IMG/VR virus record: IMGVR_UViG_3300010401_000006
Span: 1,396 to 65,395 of that record
Strand: one strand, 5' to 3'
DNA: 64,000 nt
Source of the DNA: a virus
A program made the translations under genes and the position numbers. Each line of letters opens with the position of its first letter. Within the stretch, counting starts at the first letter, position 1. This document shows positions 35,587 through 43,354 of this stretch, piece after piece. The notes beneath the pieces were generated by a model that did not search any database, was not told the DNA's origin, and saw only the letters and a list, made by a program, of their open reading frames with translations.

Positions 35587-35793
35587 ATGGGAACAGTGCA
35601 GATCATACTCGCGGCCATTGCCGCCTTCCCGCAGGCCCTCGCTGAGGTCCAGAGCCTCTACGCAGCCGTGAAGGCCGATCTCAGCCCCGAGGACCAAGCC
35701 ACCATCGATCAGGCGTTCGCTGACGCCAAGACCTCGGACGCGGCCAAAACGGCCACGGCAGACGCCGCCCTCGACGCCGCATCCAAGGTTTAA
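35587..35793 (+). CDS. Small Ala-rich protein
   Basis: RBS AGGAGGG. Confidence 0.65.
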   Translation: MGTVQIILAAIAAFPQALAEVQSLYAAVKADLSPEDQATIDQAFADAKTSDAAKTATADAALDAASKV

Positions 35794-35800
35794 CCCCGGC

Positions 35801-35852
35801 ATTGCCTTTGCGAAGTTCGTCCGCGTCGCAGGGCAATTCCCATTCCGCGGAC
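35801..35852 (+). promoter_or_regulatory. Candidate H-type RNA pseudoknot upstream of a small ORF
   Basis: 35801-35812 pairs with 35827-35837; loop GTCCGCG 35819-35825 complements CGCGGAC 35846-35852. Confidence 0.4.
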
Positions 35853-35873
35853 TTTATTCGGAGCTAGAACCCG

Positions 35874-36032
35874 ATGACAAAGGAAGACGCCCAGAAGCAC
35901 GCTGCCACGCTGGCGCAGAGAGCGGCAGAATCTCATTCATGCGACGACGCCCTGAAATTCTCTCAGGCTGCGTGCAACGTTGCGAACGCCTATAGCGCGC
36001 TGGTGCACGCCGAACCGGCACCTATGCCTTAA
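35874..36032 (+). CDS. 52-aa hypothetical protein
   Basis: GGAG RBS; DALKFSQAACNVANA. Confidence 0.55.
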   Translation: MTKEDAQKHAATLAQRAAESHSCDDALKFSQAACNVANAYSALVHAEPAPMP

Positions 36033-36078
36033 CCGGGCACGCCGGGGCGGTTCACGTCCTGTCGGCTGTCCCAGCGTC

Positions 36079-36113
36079 TGAAAGGCCGTCGAGCGCCCAG
36101 ACTTGGCGGCCTT
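36079..36113 (+). terminator. Strong hairpin, possible terminator
   Basis: GAAAGGCCGTC / GGCGGCCTTTC stem; weak U-tract. Confidence 0.35.
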
Positions 36114-36137
36114 TCGCTTGTCAGGTAGCTTTCTCAA

Positions 36138-36668
36138 ATGGAAATGCGCTGGTGCCTATCGAACCGATTTGATCCTGCAGCGCGCGTTCTCGCTGACCGC
36201 CATTACAATCGCCAGAAAATCGGCACACCGCAGTTTGCCCCGACAGGATCATGCGTCGTCTTCCTCACGGAGTGCGCACGGGCGTTCTGGATTACGTCCG
36301 CGCCCTTCGCGGAGTGGACGAAGCACGCATGGGCGGGTGCGTGGATTTGCTCGGCCTTCCGCTCGGAAGGGGCTGGGAAGGCGTCCGAACTCATCACGCA
36401 GGCCGTAGCGGCGTCTCTGGCGCACTACGGTTCGCCGCCCGCGCTCGGCATGGTGACCTTCGTCAACCGCGCCATGGTCAAGCCGACCATCGTTCGCGGG
36501 GAGAAAGTCTGGGGCTGGACCTATCGCAAGGCGGGATTTGTGGACGCCGGAGAGACGAAGGGCGGCTTGCTGGCGCTCCAACTCTGGCCTTCCGACATGC
36601 CAGCGCCGATGGCCGCGCATCCGCGCACAATGCACGGCACGCCGCTGTTTGACGCCATCAGGAACTAA
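36138..36668 (+). CDS. GNAT-fold / Mom-like protein
   Basis: LADRHYNRQ...PQF.P.G...W.CS.FR.EG...SELI..A...TFV....YRKAGF...G.TKGGL. Confidence 0.45.
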   Translation: MEMRWCLSNRFDPAARVLADRHYNRQKIGTPQFAPTGSCVVFLTECARAFWITSAPFAEWTKHAWAGAWICSAFRSEGAGKASELITQAVAASLAHYGSPPALGMVTFVNRAMVKPTIVRGEKVWGWTYRKAGFVDAGETKGGLLALQLWPSDMPAPMAAHPRTMHGTPLFDAIRN

Positions 36669-36720
36669 GCCTCAGTCCCAGCGTTTATCTGACGGGCCGT
36701 CACGCCCAAGGATACCCGCC

Positions 36721-36864
36721 ATGGTCACGCTGATCTTACTCGTCGCAGCCTTCGTGCTGTTTGTTCTTTCGGCTATCGGCGTTCCGAACCCGCCGCGGTT
36801 CAATCTCATGTCAGCCGGCCTCGCGTGCTGGGTGCTGTCCGTGCTGCTGACCGGGCGCATATAG
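36721..36864 (+). CDS. 47-aa two-TM membrane peptide
   Basis: MVTLILLVAAFVLFVLSAIG...LMSAGLACWVLSVLL. Confidence 0.55.
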   Translation: MVTLILLVAAFVLFVLSAIGVPNPPRFNLMSAGLACWVLSVLLTGRI

Positions 36865-36934
36865 TCTCCGAACGTTCATTTGCCGCCCATGGAGCGCAGC
36901 GGTATAAGCCGATTTCAACGCCAAAGGATGAGCC

Positions 36935-37387
36935 ATGACCGCGCGTGAGATGCTCCGCGAAATCCTGCGCGCCATCCGGCGTATCGAAGAACTCTTGCGC
37001 CGCCGTCTGCCCGCACGGGGTGCGCATGTCTCAATCGCTGTCGGGCCGGAGACTATAGAAATGGCAAGCTTCAACATCCAACCCGGCCAGACCAAGACCC
37101 TGACCGCTGTTTTCTCGGACGCAAGTGGCGTTTCGCACCCGCTCGCCCAGCTTCCGACATGCGTCGATCCCGCTGGCACTATGACGAACATCACGCCGGT
37201 TGGATCCCCGACCGTCAACGATCCTCAGTTCCAATGGACGTTCACGTGCGATGCGAGCGTTGCGGCTGGAACGACTGGCCAGCTCAATCTCGAGGGCATC
37301 AATCCTGACGGCGTCAAGGACGACGGCGATATCACCTATACGGTGACCACTGCCGACGATACGCAGGTCACGATCTCGGTCGAATAA
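36935..37387 (+). CDS. Ig-like domain protein
   Basis: Beta-strand pattern NIQPGQTKTLTAVFSDASG...ITYTVT. Confidence 0.55.
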   Translation: MTAREMLREILRAIRRIEELLRRRLPARGAHVSIAVGPETIEMASFNIQPGQTKTLTAVFSDASGVSHPLAQLPTCVDPAGTMTNITPVGSPTVNDPQFQWTFTCDASVAAGTTGQLNLEGINPDGVKDDGDITYTVTTADDTQVTISVE

Positions 37388-37442
37388 CCATCATCGACAG
37401 GGGAATGAACTAGGGCCGTGGCTATGCTGCGGCCCTTCTGCT

Positions 37443-37607
37443 TTATGGAAGCCTGAACACTCTCCATATCACGATCATCGCGAGCATGAACGGCAAGAAC
37501 GCTGCCGCCGCGATGCGGACATCAGCCGGATCCTTCAGAAGGAGTTGAAACGCGCCGAGAAGTAAGATTTCGAATCCTGCGATCAGAGTAAAAACCTTGT
37601 CAGTCAT
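37443..37607 (-). CDS. Small membrane protein
   Basis: MTDKVFTLIAGFEILLLGAF...; two TM. Confidence 0.45.
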   Translation of the reverse strand: MTDKVFTLIAGFEILLLGAFQLLLKDPADVRIAAAAFLPFMLAMIVIWRVFRLP

Positions 37608-37609
37608 CC

Positions 37610-37789
37610 TCACCCCTGCTTCCGCAAAGCCACGACGTTCTCGGGGCGGGCCAACCTGTCCACCGCGATGCGAGCGAAACACTCGAAACAGTGTGATAGG
37701 TCGCAGCCACACGGTTTACGTGCTCTGGTGTGATGAAGAAACGCACTCATCTTCTCGATGCGGTCCTTGAGTTCTGGATCGTTGGTCAT
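37610..37789 (-). CDS. Small Cys-rich protein
   Basis: CGC...CFEC; coupled to neighbours. Confidence 0.45.
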   Translation of the reverse strand: MTNDPELKDRIEKMSAFLHHTRARKPCGCDLSHCFECFARIAVDRLARPENVVALRKQG

Positions 37790-38004
37790 GGCTCGTCCTT
37801 TGCCAGTTCCAGGGCCTCTTCCATCGCCGTGAAGTCCGGCGCATCGTCTTCGGCGTCGGAGATCATTTCCACGACGATGTCGCGATTGCTCTGTGTCGCC
37901 ATGCGCGCCTTCACGCCGCGAAGTTCAGCCATGTAAGTCTCGTGGACCTTGCGGAGGTCGGAGATTGCTGAGCGTTCGTCGCGGATTGCATCAGATGACA
38001 GCAT
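37786..38004 (-). CDS. Hypothetical protein
   Basis: Coiled-coil-like; operon position. Confidence 0.5.
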   Translation of the reverse strand: MLSSDAIRDERSAISDLRKVHETYMAELRGVKARMATQSNRDIVVEMISDAEDDAPDFTAMEEALELAKDEP

Positions 38005-38013
38005 AAATACCCC

Positions 38014-38259
38014 CTATTTTGGCTGCTTTTGATGAAGAAGTTCCTGAACGTCCACGTCATCAGGAACGCCGCATGTTTTGCGGAGTTCGTCGATCTCTTG
38101 GATTATCGCAGCAGGTAATTTGTCGGGCCGCTTCTTGTGCAGAACGTTCACCTCTTCCCAACGTGTGCGCTGGAGCGTGGCAACATCCTTCCCGAATGTG
38201 AAGCAATTCACCGATAGCGCGACACTGAAAACGACCTCAGAAATCATACTGCTCTCCAT
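38014..38259 (-). CDS. Hypothetical protein
   Basis: AT-richer ORF in leftward operon. Confidence 0.45.
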   Translation of the reverse strand: MESSMISEVVFSVALSVNCFTFGKDVATLQRTRWEEVNVLHKKRPDKLPAAIIQEIDELRKTCGVPDDVDVQELLHQKQPK

Positions 38260-38269
38260 CAGATAAATG

Positions 38270-38500
38270 TTAAGGGTTCACTCCATGATTGCCGCAGAAA
38301 TCTTCCTGCGTCTCGACCTTGCACCTCTCCACCGCAGCGGAAAGGCGGGCGGGTTCGGTAGCGGGACGGCGCTTGTCGGAGATGTAGCTGTCGATGACAG
38401 TCTGAATCTCCGCCGCGAGATCGCGCACGTTCGCCGTGGTAAGAAGGTCGTCCTCGTCGTGGAGTGCGGATGCGGCGAGGTCTGCTGCCGTGACGATCAT
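38270..38500 (-). CDS. Hypothetical protein
   Basis: ATG 38500 overlaps upstream stop. Confidence 0.45.
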   Translation of the reverse strand: MIVTAADLAASALHDEDDLLTTANVRDLAAEIQTVIDSYISDKRRPATEPARLSAAVERCKVETQEDFCGNHGVNP

Positions 38501-38775
38501 TTGGATAGCCTCCGTGCGTAAGCGGCGGTGACGTATTCGATGCGCTTCTCTGGTCCGCAATGTTTGGTGCGATCAAAGGCGGCACGGAAAGAATACCGAC
38601 CCGCCGCTGAAAGATGTTCCGTATATCCTGCGCCGTCTGGACGCCAGAACGCATGATGCTCGGCGGACCAGATAAAAACCATCTGCGCGTTCCACCAATT
38701 GCGCTGTTTCCAGTTCTCATAACCGCGCCGATTGATGCCGTTGAGCGTCACCCGATCACCACTCTCGATGCTCAT
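38497..38775 (-). CDS. Conserved phage protein
   Basis: IWSAEH.AFWRPDGAGYT....AGRYS...A. Confidence 0.65.
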   Translation of the reverse strand: MSIESGDRVTLNGINRRGYENWKQRNWWNAQMVFIWSAEHHAFWRPDGAGYTEHLSAAGRYSFRAAFDRTKHCGPEKRIEYVTAAYARRLSK

Positions 38776-39071
38776 TCGCCCGCCATCCCGCTCAGGGTGT
38801 TGATGCCTTTGCCTTCGTCGGAGAGAGTGACGGCAGCGATAGGCGCCGGCTGATAGATGCCAGCCTCGAAAGCGTCGAGTTCTGCCATCGCCTGCCGCAA
38901 GTCCTCGCGGGCGAAGTCGAGCACCTGCCGAAGGTTTGGCCGCGAGTGACGGAAGGTCGCCTTGTCGATGGCTTTATGCAGCCACTGCGTCGCGCCAAGC
39001 GCGTGCGTCATCGCCGGATGCAGATGATCGCTGACGAGATCGGAAAGGGCGGTGCGGTCTATCGTGGTCAT
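38772..39071 (-). CDS. Hypothetical protein
   Basis: Coupled ORF. Confidence 0.55.
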   Translation of the reverse strand: MTTIDRTALSDLVSDHLHPAMTHALGATQWLHKAIDKATFRHSRPNLRQVLDFAREDLRQAMAELDAFEAGIYQPAPIAAVTLSDEGKGINTLSGMAGE

Positions 39072-39376
39072 GGCTTGCCCGCCAATCCGCAGAATCCTAC
39101 TGCGTCGAGAATCAGCTTGCCGTAGCTTCCTGACGGTCCTTCGCGGCGAACAATGCGACCTGTCTTGACGGCGCGCTCCGCCATGAAAGCGGGCGCACCG
39201 CTATGGTCCTCGCGAGTTTCGCGCGGATGCAGTTCTCGCCACGCCATGCAACTAGAGCCGATGCAATCGAAGTTGCCCTCCGGTCTATTGACCGCCGGGT
39301 TTTGTGAGCCGTCCGGCTGAAAGTTCTGCGCGCGCACGAACGGGCACCACTTCTTCTTCGCTTCATCTTCAGTCAC
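39068..39376 (-). CDS. Cys-containing phage protein
   Basis: EAKKKWCPF...CIGSSCMAWR...GFCGLAGKP. Confidence 0.7.
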   Translation of the reverse strand: MTEDEAKKKWCPFVRAQNFQPDGSQNPAVNRPEGNFDCIGSSCMAWRELHPRETREDHSGAPAFMAERAVKTGRIVRREGPSGSYGKLILDAVGFCGLAGKP

Positions 39377-39504
39377 GGTGTTCCTCCAAGAAAATATCGA
39401 ACATGCTCACAGGTGAGATAGCCCGCACCCATCATCGAGAACGCGAAGGCAAGCGCCAGAGGAACGGCGATCAGCCAGAAGGCGGCGGAGCGGGGGCGGG
39501 TCAT
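39373..39504 (-). CDS. Small TM peptide
   Basis: MTRPRSAAFWLIAVPLALAF. Confidence 0.45.
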   Translation of the reverse strand: MTRPRSAAFWLIAVPLALAFAFSMMGAGYLTCEHVRYFLGGTP

Positions 39505-39719
39505 TTGCGCACCTTGCGCTTCTTTCGGACGACGGGAATTCGAGGCATCAGATCGTCCCAATTTGTTGAACCTTGCGCATAGTCATAATCATCAAGAGGA
39601 ACGTTTGCCTTCGTGGCGCAACCGTAGTCTTCGCAGAAGGCTCGCACGCACGGTTCCTGCGTAAGCGGGCAAATGAACGGCGGATCGTCATCGCCATAAT
39701 CGAGCCCGGCGCCGCTCAT
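39501..39719 (-). CDS. Small Zn-binding protein
   Basis: CP...PC...C...GC. Confidence 0.5.
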   Translation of the reverse strand: MSGAGLDYGDDDPPFICPLTQEPCVRAFCEDYGCATKANVPLDDYDYAQGSTNWDDLMPRIPVVRKKRKVRK

Positions 39720-39844
39720 TGGATCGGATGGCTCAGAAAGATGAACCCGAACAACACGACGCCGAACACGATCATCGCGCCTGCGAGCACCAGCGGTGCA
39801 ATCCATGCGGGCGCAGGGCGGGGGCTGCGGTGGTAGTTGGACAT
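39716..39844 (-). CDS. Small TM peptide
   Basis: MSNYHRSPRPAPAWIAPLVLAGAMIVFGVVVFGFIF; GGGAG RBS. Confidence 0.5.
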   Translation of the reverse strand: MSNYHRSPRPAPAWIAPLVLAGAMIVFGVVLFGFIFLSHPIQ

Positions 39845-40051
39845 TTATGCTCCCTGTTTTTGATCAAGCATTGGGCCGCCAATCCTCACGCAATAATCGC
39901 GCAAGGCTTTCGTCAAAGCCCTGAGATAGATTTCGGATGGCTCTTTGCCGCTGAGAAGCGGTGGCGTTGATCCGATGTAAAGCGCATGCTCCAAATCCGC
40001 AGCGATCATGTAAAACGGATTGCCAGAATTCGCGCGGTCTTCGGTTGCCAT
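39845..40051 (-). CDS. First gene of leftward operon, hypothetical
   Basis: GGAGAG RBS. Confidence 0.55.
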   Translation of the reverse strand: MATEDRANSGNPFYMIAADLEHALYIGSTPPLLSGKEPSEIYLRALTKALRDYCVRIGGPMLDQKQGA

Positions 40052-40143
40052 GTGCTCTCCAATTCAGCGTCCCGCCGGATCGCACCCTCGGGGGGCTGGG
40101 GATGTTGTGGGCGCGACCCAGCGGAACGAGAGGACGGTAAGGC

Positions 40144-40173
40144 TTGACAGAAGCGAATGTCAACGGGTATTCA
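40144..40173. promoter_or_regulatory. Divergent promoter/operator: TTGACA-N8-TGTCAA palindrome
   Basis: TTGACA 40144-40149, TGTCAA 40158-40163, TATTCA 40168-40173; lies at the strand switch. Confidence 0.65.
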
Positions 40174-40191
40174 TGTGCCTCACCGGAATAA

Positions 40192-40410
40192 ATGAGAAAA
40201 ATCTGCATGGCGTGGCAACCGAAGGCGACAAAATGGGACTGGCGCAAATTCCTCACGGATGAGGAGCTGGCCTTTATGGAAAAGGCCGACAAAGCGGAAA
40301 GCCGAATCGCTGATGCCCGCGCCGAATTCGAGCGAAAATATGGACGTGAGCGCAGCCTGATTGCCAACCGGGCGATCCAGCGCGCGCGGTATGCAGCGAG
40401 GACCACATGA
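40192..40410 (+). CDS. Hypothetical helical protein
   Basis: First rightward ORF; alternative ATG 40207. Confidence 0.6.
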   Translation: MRKICMAWQPKATKWDWRKFLTDEELAFMEKADKAESRIADARAEFERKYGRERSLIANRAIQRARYAARTT

Positions 40411-40634
40411 TCAACGGCTTCCACCTATTCCGCCCGTCCTATGCAGCGCGCGGGGCACTCGTGGCGATCATGGAACAGACCCGCAAGGGCGGCGAGGCTG
40501 CGTATCTTGATGCAGTATGGCTCATGCGGGAGCCCGTCACGCCGCGGTCGAACCCGAAACAGAAATGGCCAATCATTGTGGCTTCCGATCTCGTCGCGGA
40601 TGCCCCGCAGCGGCTGCGGAGTGCGGCACGATGA
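40407..40634 (+). CDS. Hypothetical protein
   Basis: ATGA-coupled. Confidence 0.5.
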   Translation: MINGFHLFRPSYAARGALVAIMEQTRKGGEAAYLDAVWLMREPVTPRSNPKQKWPIIVASDLVADAPQRLRSAAR

Positions 40635-41167
40635 ACTCACAAGACCTTAGGCAGTTTTGCAGCACGGACGAGAACCGCTTCAACATCCAAGCGCCGTTCA
40701 CGCGCGGGCCGTTCACCTACGCCACGAACGGCCATATTTTGGTCCGAGTGCCGCGCCTCGATGATGTTCCGCAGATTGAGGGAGCTCCTCACGCGGAAGT
40801 CATCTTCGACAAGGCGGCTCCGCAGGAAGTCGGGCCTACGCCCGTTCTGAGCCTGCCGCCATACGAAACCGAAGAGTGCGATTCCATCCACGATTGCCCG
40901 AACTGCAATTGCTCTTGCGAAGAGTGCGGCGACACACGCGAGATCGAAGTGAAGACGTCCTGCACGGTCAACGGCGCGCTTTTTGATGCGAAAAACATGC
41001 GCCAATTGGCTCAGTTGCCCGGCTTCAAGTTCGCGATAGAGCCGCCGCCGAAGCAGGGCACGCGTTTCGAGTTCGACGGCGGCGAAGGCTATCTGATGCC
41101 GCTGGTGCGCCAGTATGCGAAGCACGTCGCGGCTGACGGCACGGTCACGGTCAGAGACGAAGACTGA
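40631..41167 (+). CDS. Sliding-clamp-domain-like protein with Zn insert
   Basis: YATNGHILVRVP; C...C..C.C.C..C insert; F.FDGGEGYLMP. Confidence 0.45.
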   Translation: MNSQDLRQFCSTDENRFNIQAPFTRGPFTYATNGHILVRVPRLDDVPQIEGAPHAEVIFDKAAPQEVGPTPVLSLPPYETEECDSIHDCPNCNCSCEECGDTREIEVKTSCTVNGALFDAKNMRQLAQLPGFKFAIEPPPKQGTRFEFDGGEGYLMPLVRQYAKHVAADGTVTVRDED

Positions 41168-41262
41168 TGCCCCGCAACTATCCCCACCCGATCATTCTCG
41201 TCGTCGCCGTGTCCGCGCTGATCTATGCGGGCGTCTATTATCTGATCTTCCACATCGCGTAG
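41167..41262 (+). CDS. 31-aa TM peptide
   Basis: PIILVVAVSALIYAGVYYLIF; coupled start. Confidence 0.45.
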   Translation: MPRNYPHPIILVVAVSALIYAGVYYLIFHIA

Positions 41263-41272
41263 GAGCGCCACA

Positions 41273-41647
41273 ATGGCCCGAAACTTTCACATAGGCACTA
41301 TCCTGTCGATAACGCACGGCACGCTGATGGCGCCGTCCTCGCCGCCGATGGACGATATCTACAACATCCTGAACTACATGACCGGCGACAATCTCTACAC
41401 GCACCAACTTCCTCGGGTGTCCAGCGAATGCGAGCCCGCGCTGCTCAAACAGCACCCTAAGCTCGCGGAGTGGGTCAATGACGTGACCCCGGAGAACTTC
41501 CGCGCGCGCCTTGCCGATGCTGTCGCACAGTTTGGCGAAACGCTGCCCGTCGAACCGCTTGCGGCAGGCGAGCACGAAGTCATCGACCCGATGTCAGAGT
41601 TGGTCGAGAAAGTTCACCCAAGCCGGATTATCCCGGTAGTCATTTAA
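41273..41647 (+). CDS. Conserved phage protein
   Basis: FHIGTILSITHG.L...MDDIY.IL.YMTGD.L.THQLPR. Confidence 0.75.
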   Translation: MARNFHIGTILSITHGTLMAPSSPPMDDIYNILNYMTGDNLYTHQLPRVSSECEPALLKQHPKLAEWVNDVTPENFRARLADAVAQFGETLPVEPLAAGEHEVIDPMSELVEKVHPSRIIPVVI

Positions 41648-41656
41648 GGAGAACCC

Positions 41657-42247
41657 ATGGCACCGAAGAAGACAAAGAAATCCGCCGCACCCAAGAAGGC
41701 AAAGCGCTCACGCGGCAGGCGCAAGGCGAAAGAGACAAAGGCCGAGACGGTCGAGGTGTCCAACGGCGTTCAGCTTTTGCTCGGGATCGGCAACGGCCCA
41801 CAAGACGAAGAACTGGTGCGCGATTTCGAGTTGCTGATGAACCTCATGGCGAAGTCCGCCACTGCGGCCGGTCGCGTGTCCGAGCAGAAATCGAAGATGA
41901 AGGACAAGGGCATCGACGTGAAGGCCGTCATGAACACGATGCGGCTCGAACGGCTGGCGCCGGAAGACTTGGCTCGCGAACTCCAGCAGCAACAGCGCCT
42001 GATGAAGGCGCGCGGCCTGCCGATCCAAGTCGAATTGTTCGAGGCGAAGTACGACTCGCCGGAAGCGCAAGCAAAGGTGTTCGGCTTCAAGGACGGCAAG
42101 GACGGACGCTCGCAAGACGCCTCCCGCTGGCCCGAAGGAACGCCGGCGCATCAAGCCTACGTCGATGCGTGGGTCGAAGGGCAGAAGCAAATGCCGCTGC
42201 TCCAAGGCGCCGGCGAAGGCCACTACAAAGGCGCAGGCGACGAATAA
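41657..42247 (+). CDS. GapR/DUF2312-like protein with RMF-like C-terminal motif
   Basis: K.KGIDVKAV...MRL.R....E; G..DG..G...W..G...H.AY...W.EGQ. Confidence 0.5.
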   Translation: MAPKKTKKSAAPKKAKRSRGRRKAKETKAETVEVSNGVQLLLGIGNGPQDEELVRDFELLMNLMAKSATAAGRVSEQKSKMKDKGIDVKAVMNTMRLERLAPEDLARELQQQQRLMKARGLPIQVELFEAKYDSPEAQAKVFGFKDGKDGRSQDASRWPEGTPAHQAYVDAWVEGQKQMPLLQGAGEGHYKGAGDE

Positions 42248-42714
42248 TGCGCTGTCTCGGGCTCGACTTGAGCCTGCACGCCGGGTGGGCGTTTGGCGAT
42301 AAAGGCCAGACGCCCATGGCGGGCACATGGACGCTTCCTGGATTCGATGACGCCAACCTCGACCGCACCATGTCCAGCATCGAATCATCCGTCCGCGCGA
42401 TCGTGAGGGCGGAGGGTATCGAGCGGGTTGCGATCGAGGCCCCGCTGATGCTCAAAGGCAAGCTGGCCCACGGCACGCGAAGTCTGATGATGCTGTCTGG
42501 GGCGGCGGGTGCAGGGGCATGGTCGGGCGGCGCGCGGTGGATCAAGCGTCCGGCACCGAATACCTGGCGCAAGGCTGTCCTCGGGCAGGGATTTCCGGAC
42601 AAACCGAAAGAAGCCGCGCTTGCCTACTGCGCCATGATGGGATGGAAAATAACCGAGCACGATGCGGCTGAGGCAGCGCTCTTGTTCCACTGGGCTTCAA
42701 CACAACTGAGGTAG
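42247..42714 (+). CDS. RuvC-like Holliday junction resolvase
   Basis: CLGLDLS..AGWA; VAIEAP; P.TWRK.V.G.G...K; HDAAEA. Confidence 0.8.
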   Translation: MRCLGLDLSLHAGWAFGDKGQTPMAGTWTLPGFDDANLDRTMSSIESSVRAIVRAEGIERVAIEAPLMLKGKLAHGTRSLMMLSGAAGAGAWSGGARWIKRPAPNTWRKAVLGQGFPDKPKEAALAYCAMMGWKITEHDAAEAALLFHWASTQLR

Positions 42715-42719
42715 GGGAA

Positions 42720-43148
42720 ATGGCGGAGTGGACGGACGAGCGTGTCGAAGCTCTGAAAAGTCTTTGGACAGAGGGGCAATCCGCATCGCAGATCGCGCGC
42801 AGGCTCGGAGGTGTCACGAGAAGCGGCATATGCGGCAAGGTTCATCGCCTAGGTCTATCGACACCCAAGGAAAAGAACCATGGCGGCCCGCGATACAGAG
42901 CGCCGAAAGCACCACCGATTGCTATCCCGCCCGAACTTCTTGCTCCTATCGTGCCATCGGAACCGTTGCTCATAGACGGCGCGCATGTGACGATTCTGAC
43001 GGTCAACGACCGCATGTGCCGTTTTCCATACGGCGACCCGACGGCGCCGGATTTCTTCTTCTGCGGACAAAAGGTGAAGCCTGGGTCACCCTACTGCGAT
43101 TTTCATCACGCGAAGGCGAGGGTTCCGGTCAAGGTAAACGGCCACTGA
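42720..43148 (+). CDS. gcrA: GcrA cell-cycle regulator homolog
   Basis: MAEWTDERVEALKSLWTEGQSASQIARRLGGVTRSGICGKVHRLGL; CRFPYGDP...FFFCG......PYCDFH. Confidence 0.92.
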   Translation: MAEWTDERVEALKSLWTEGQSASQIARRLGGVTRSGICGKVHRLGLSTPKEKNHGGPRYRAPKAPPIAIPPELLAPIVPSEPLLIDGAHVTILTVNDRMCRFPYGDPTAPDFFFCGQKVKPGSPYCDFHHAKARVPVKVNGH

Positions 43149-43354
43149 TGCGCCCCAACCCCGACCAGCCCATGCTCTTCGCCCCGCCGCGCGGCAACGC
43201 GCCTAAGTCTGCGGAGGCTGATTCGATCTACGAGGCCGTGCTCAAACTCCGCCGCGCCGGACACACTGTCCTCCGCAAAGGCCGCTGGATGCACTCGGTC
43301 GATGGCGTAAGCTTGGATAGAGCGAGGCTGGTTGAGATGGCCGATTCTCTATGA
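43148..43354 (+). CDS. Hypothetical protein
   Basis: TGATG coupling; QPMLF motif. Confidence 0.55.
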   Translation: MRPNPDQPMLFAPPRGNAPKSAEADSIYEAVLKLRRAGHTVLRKGRWMHSVDGVSLDRARLVEMADSL

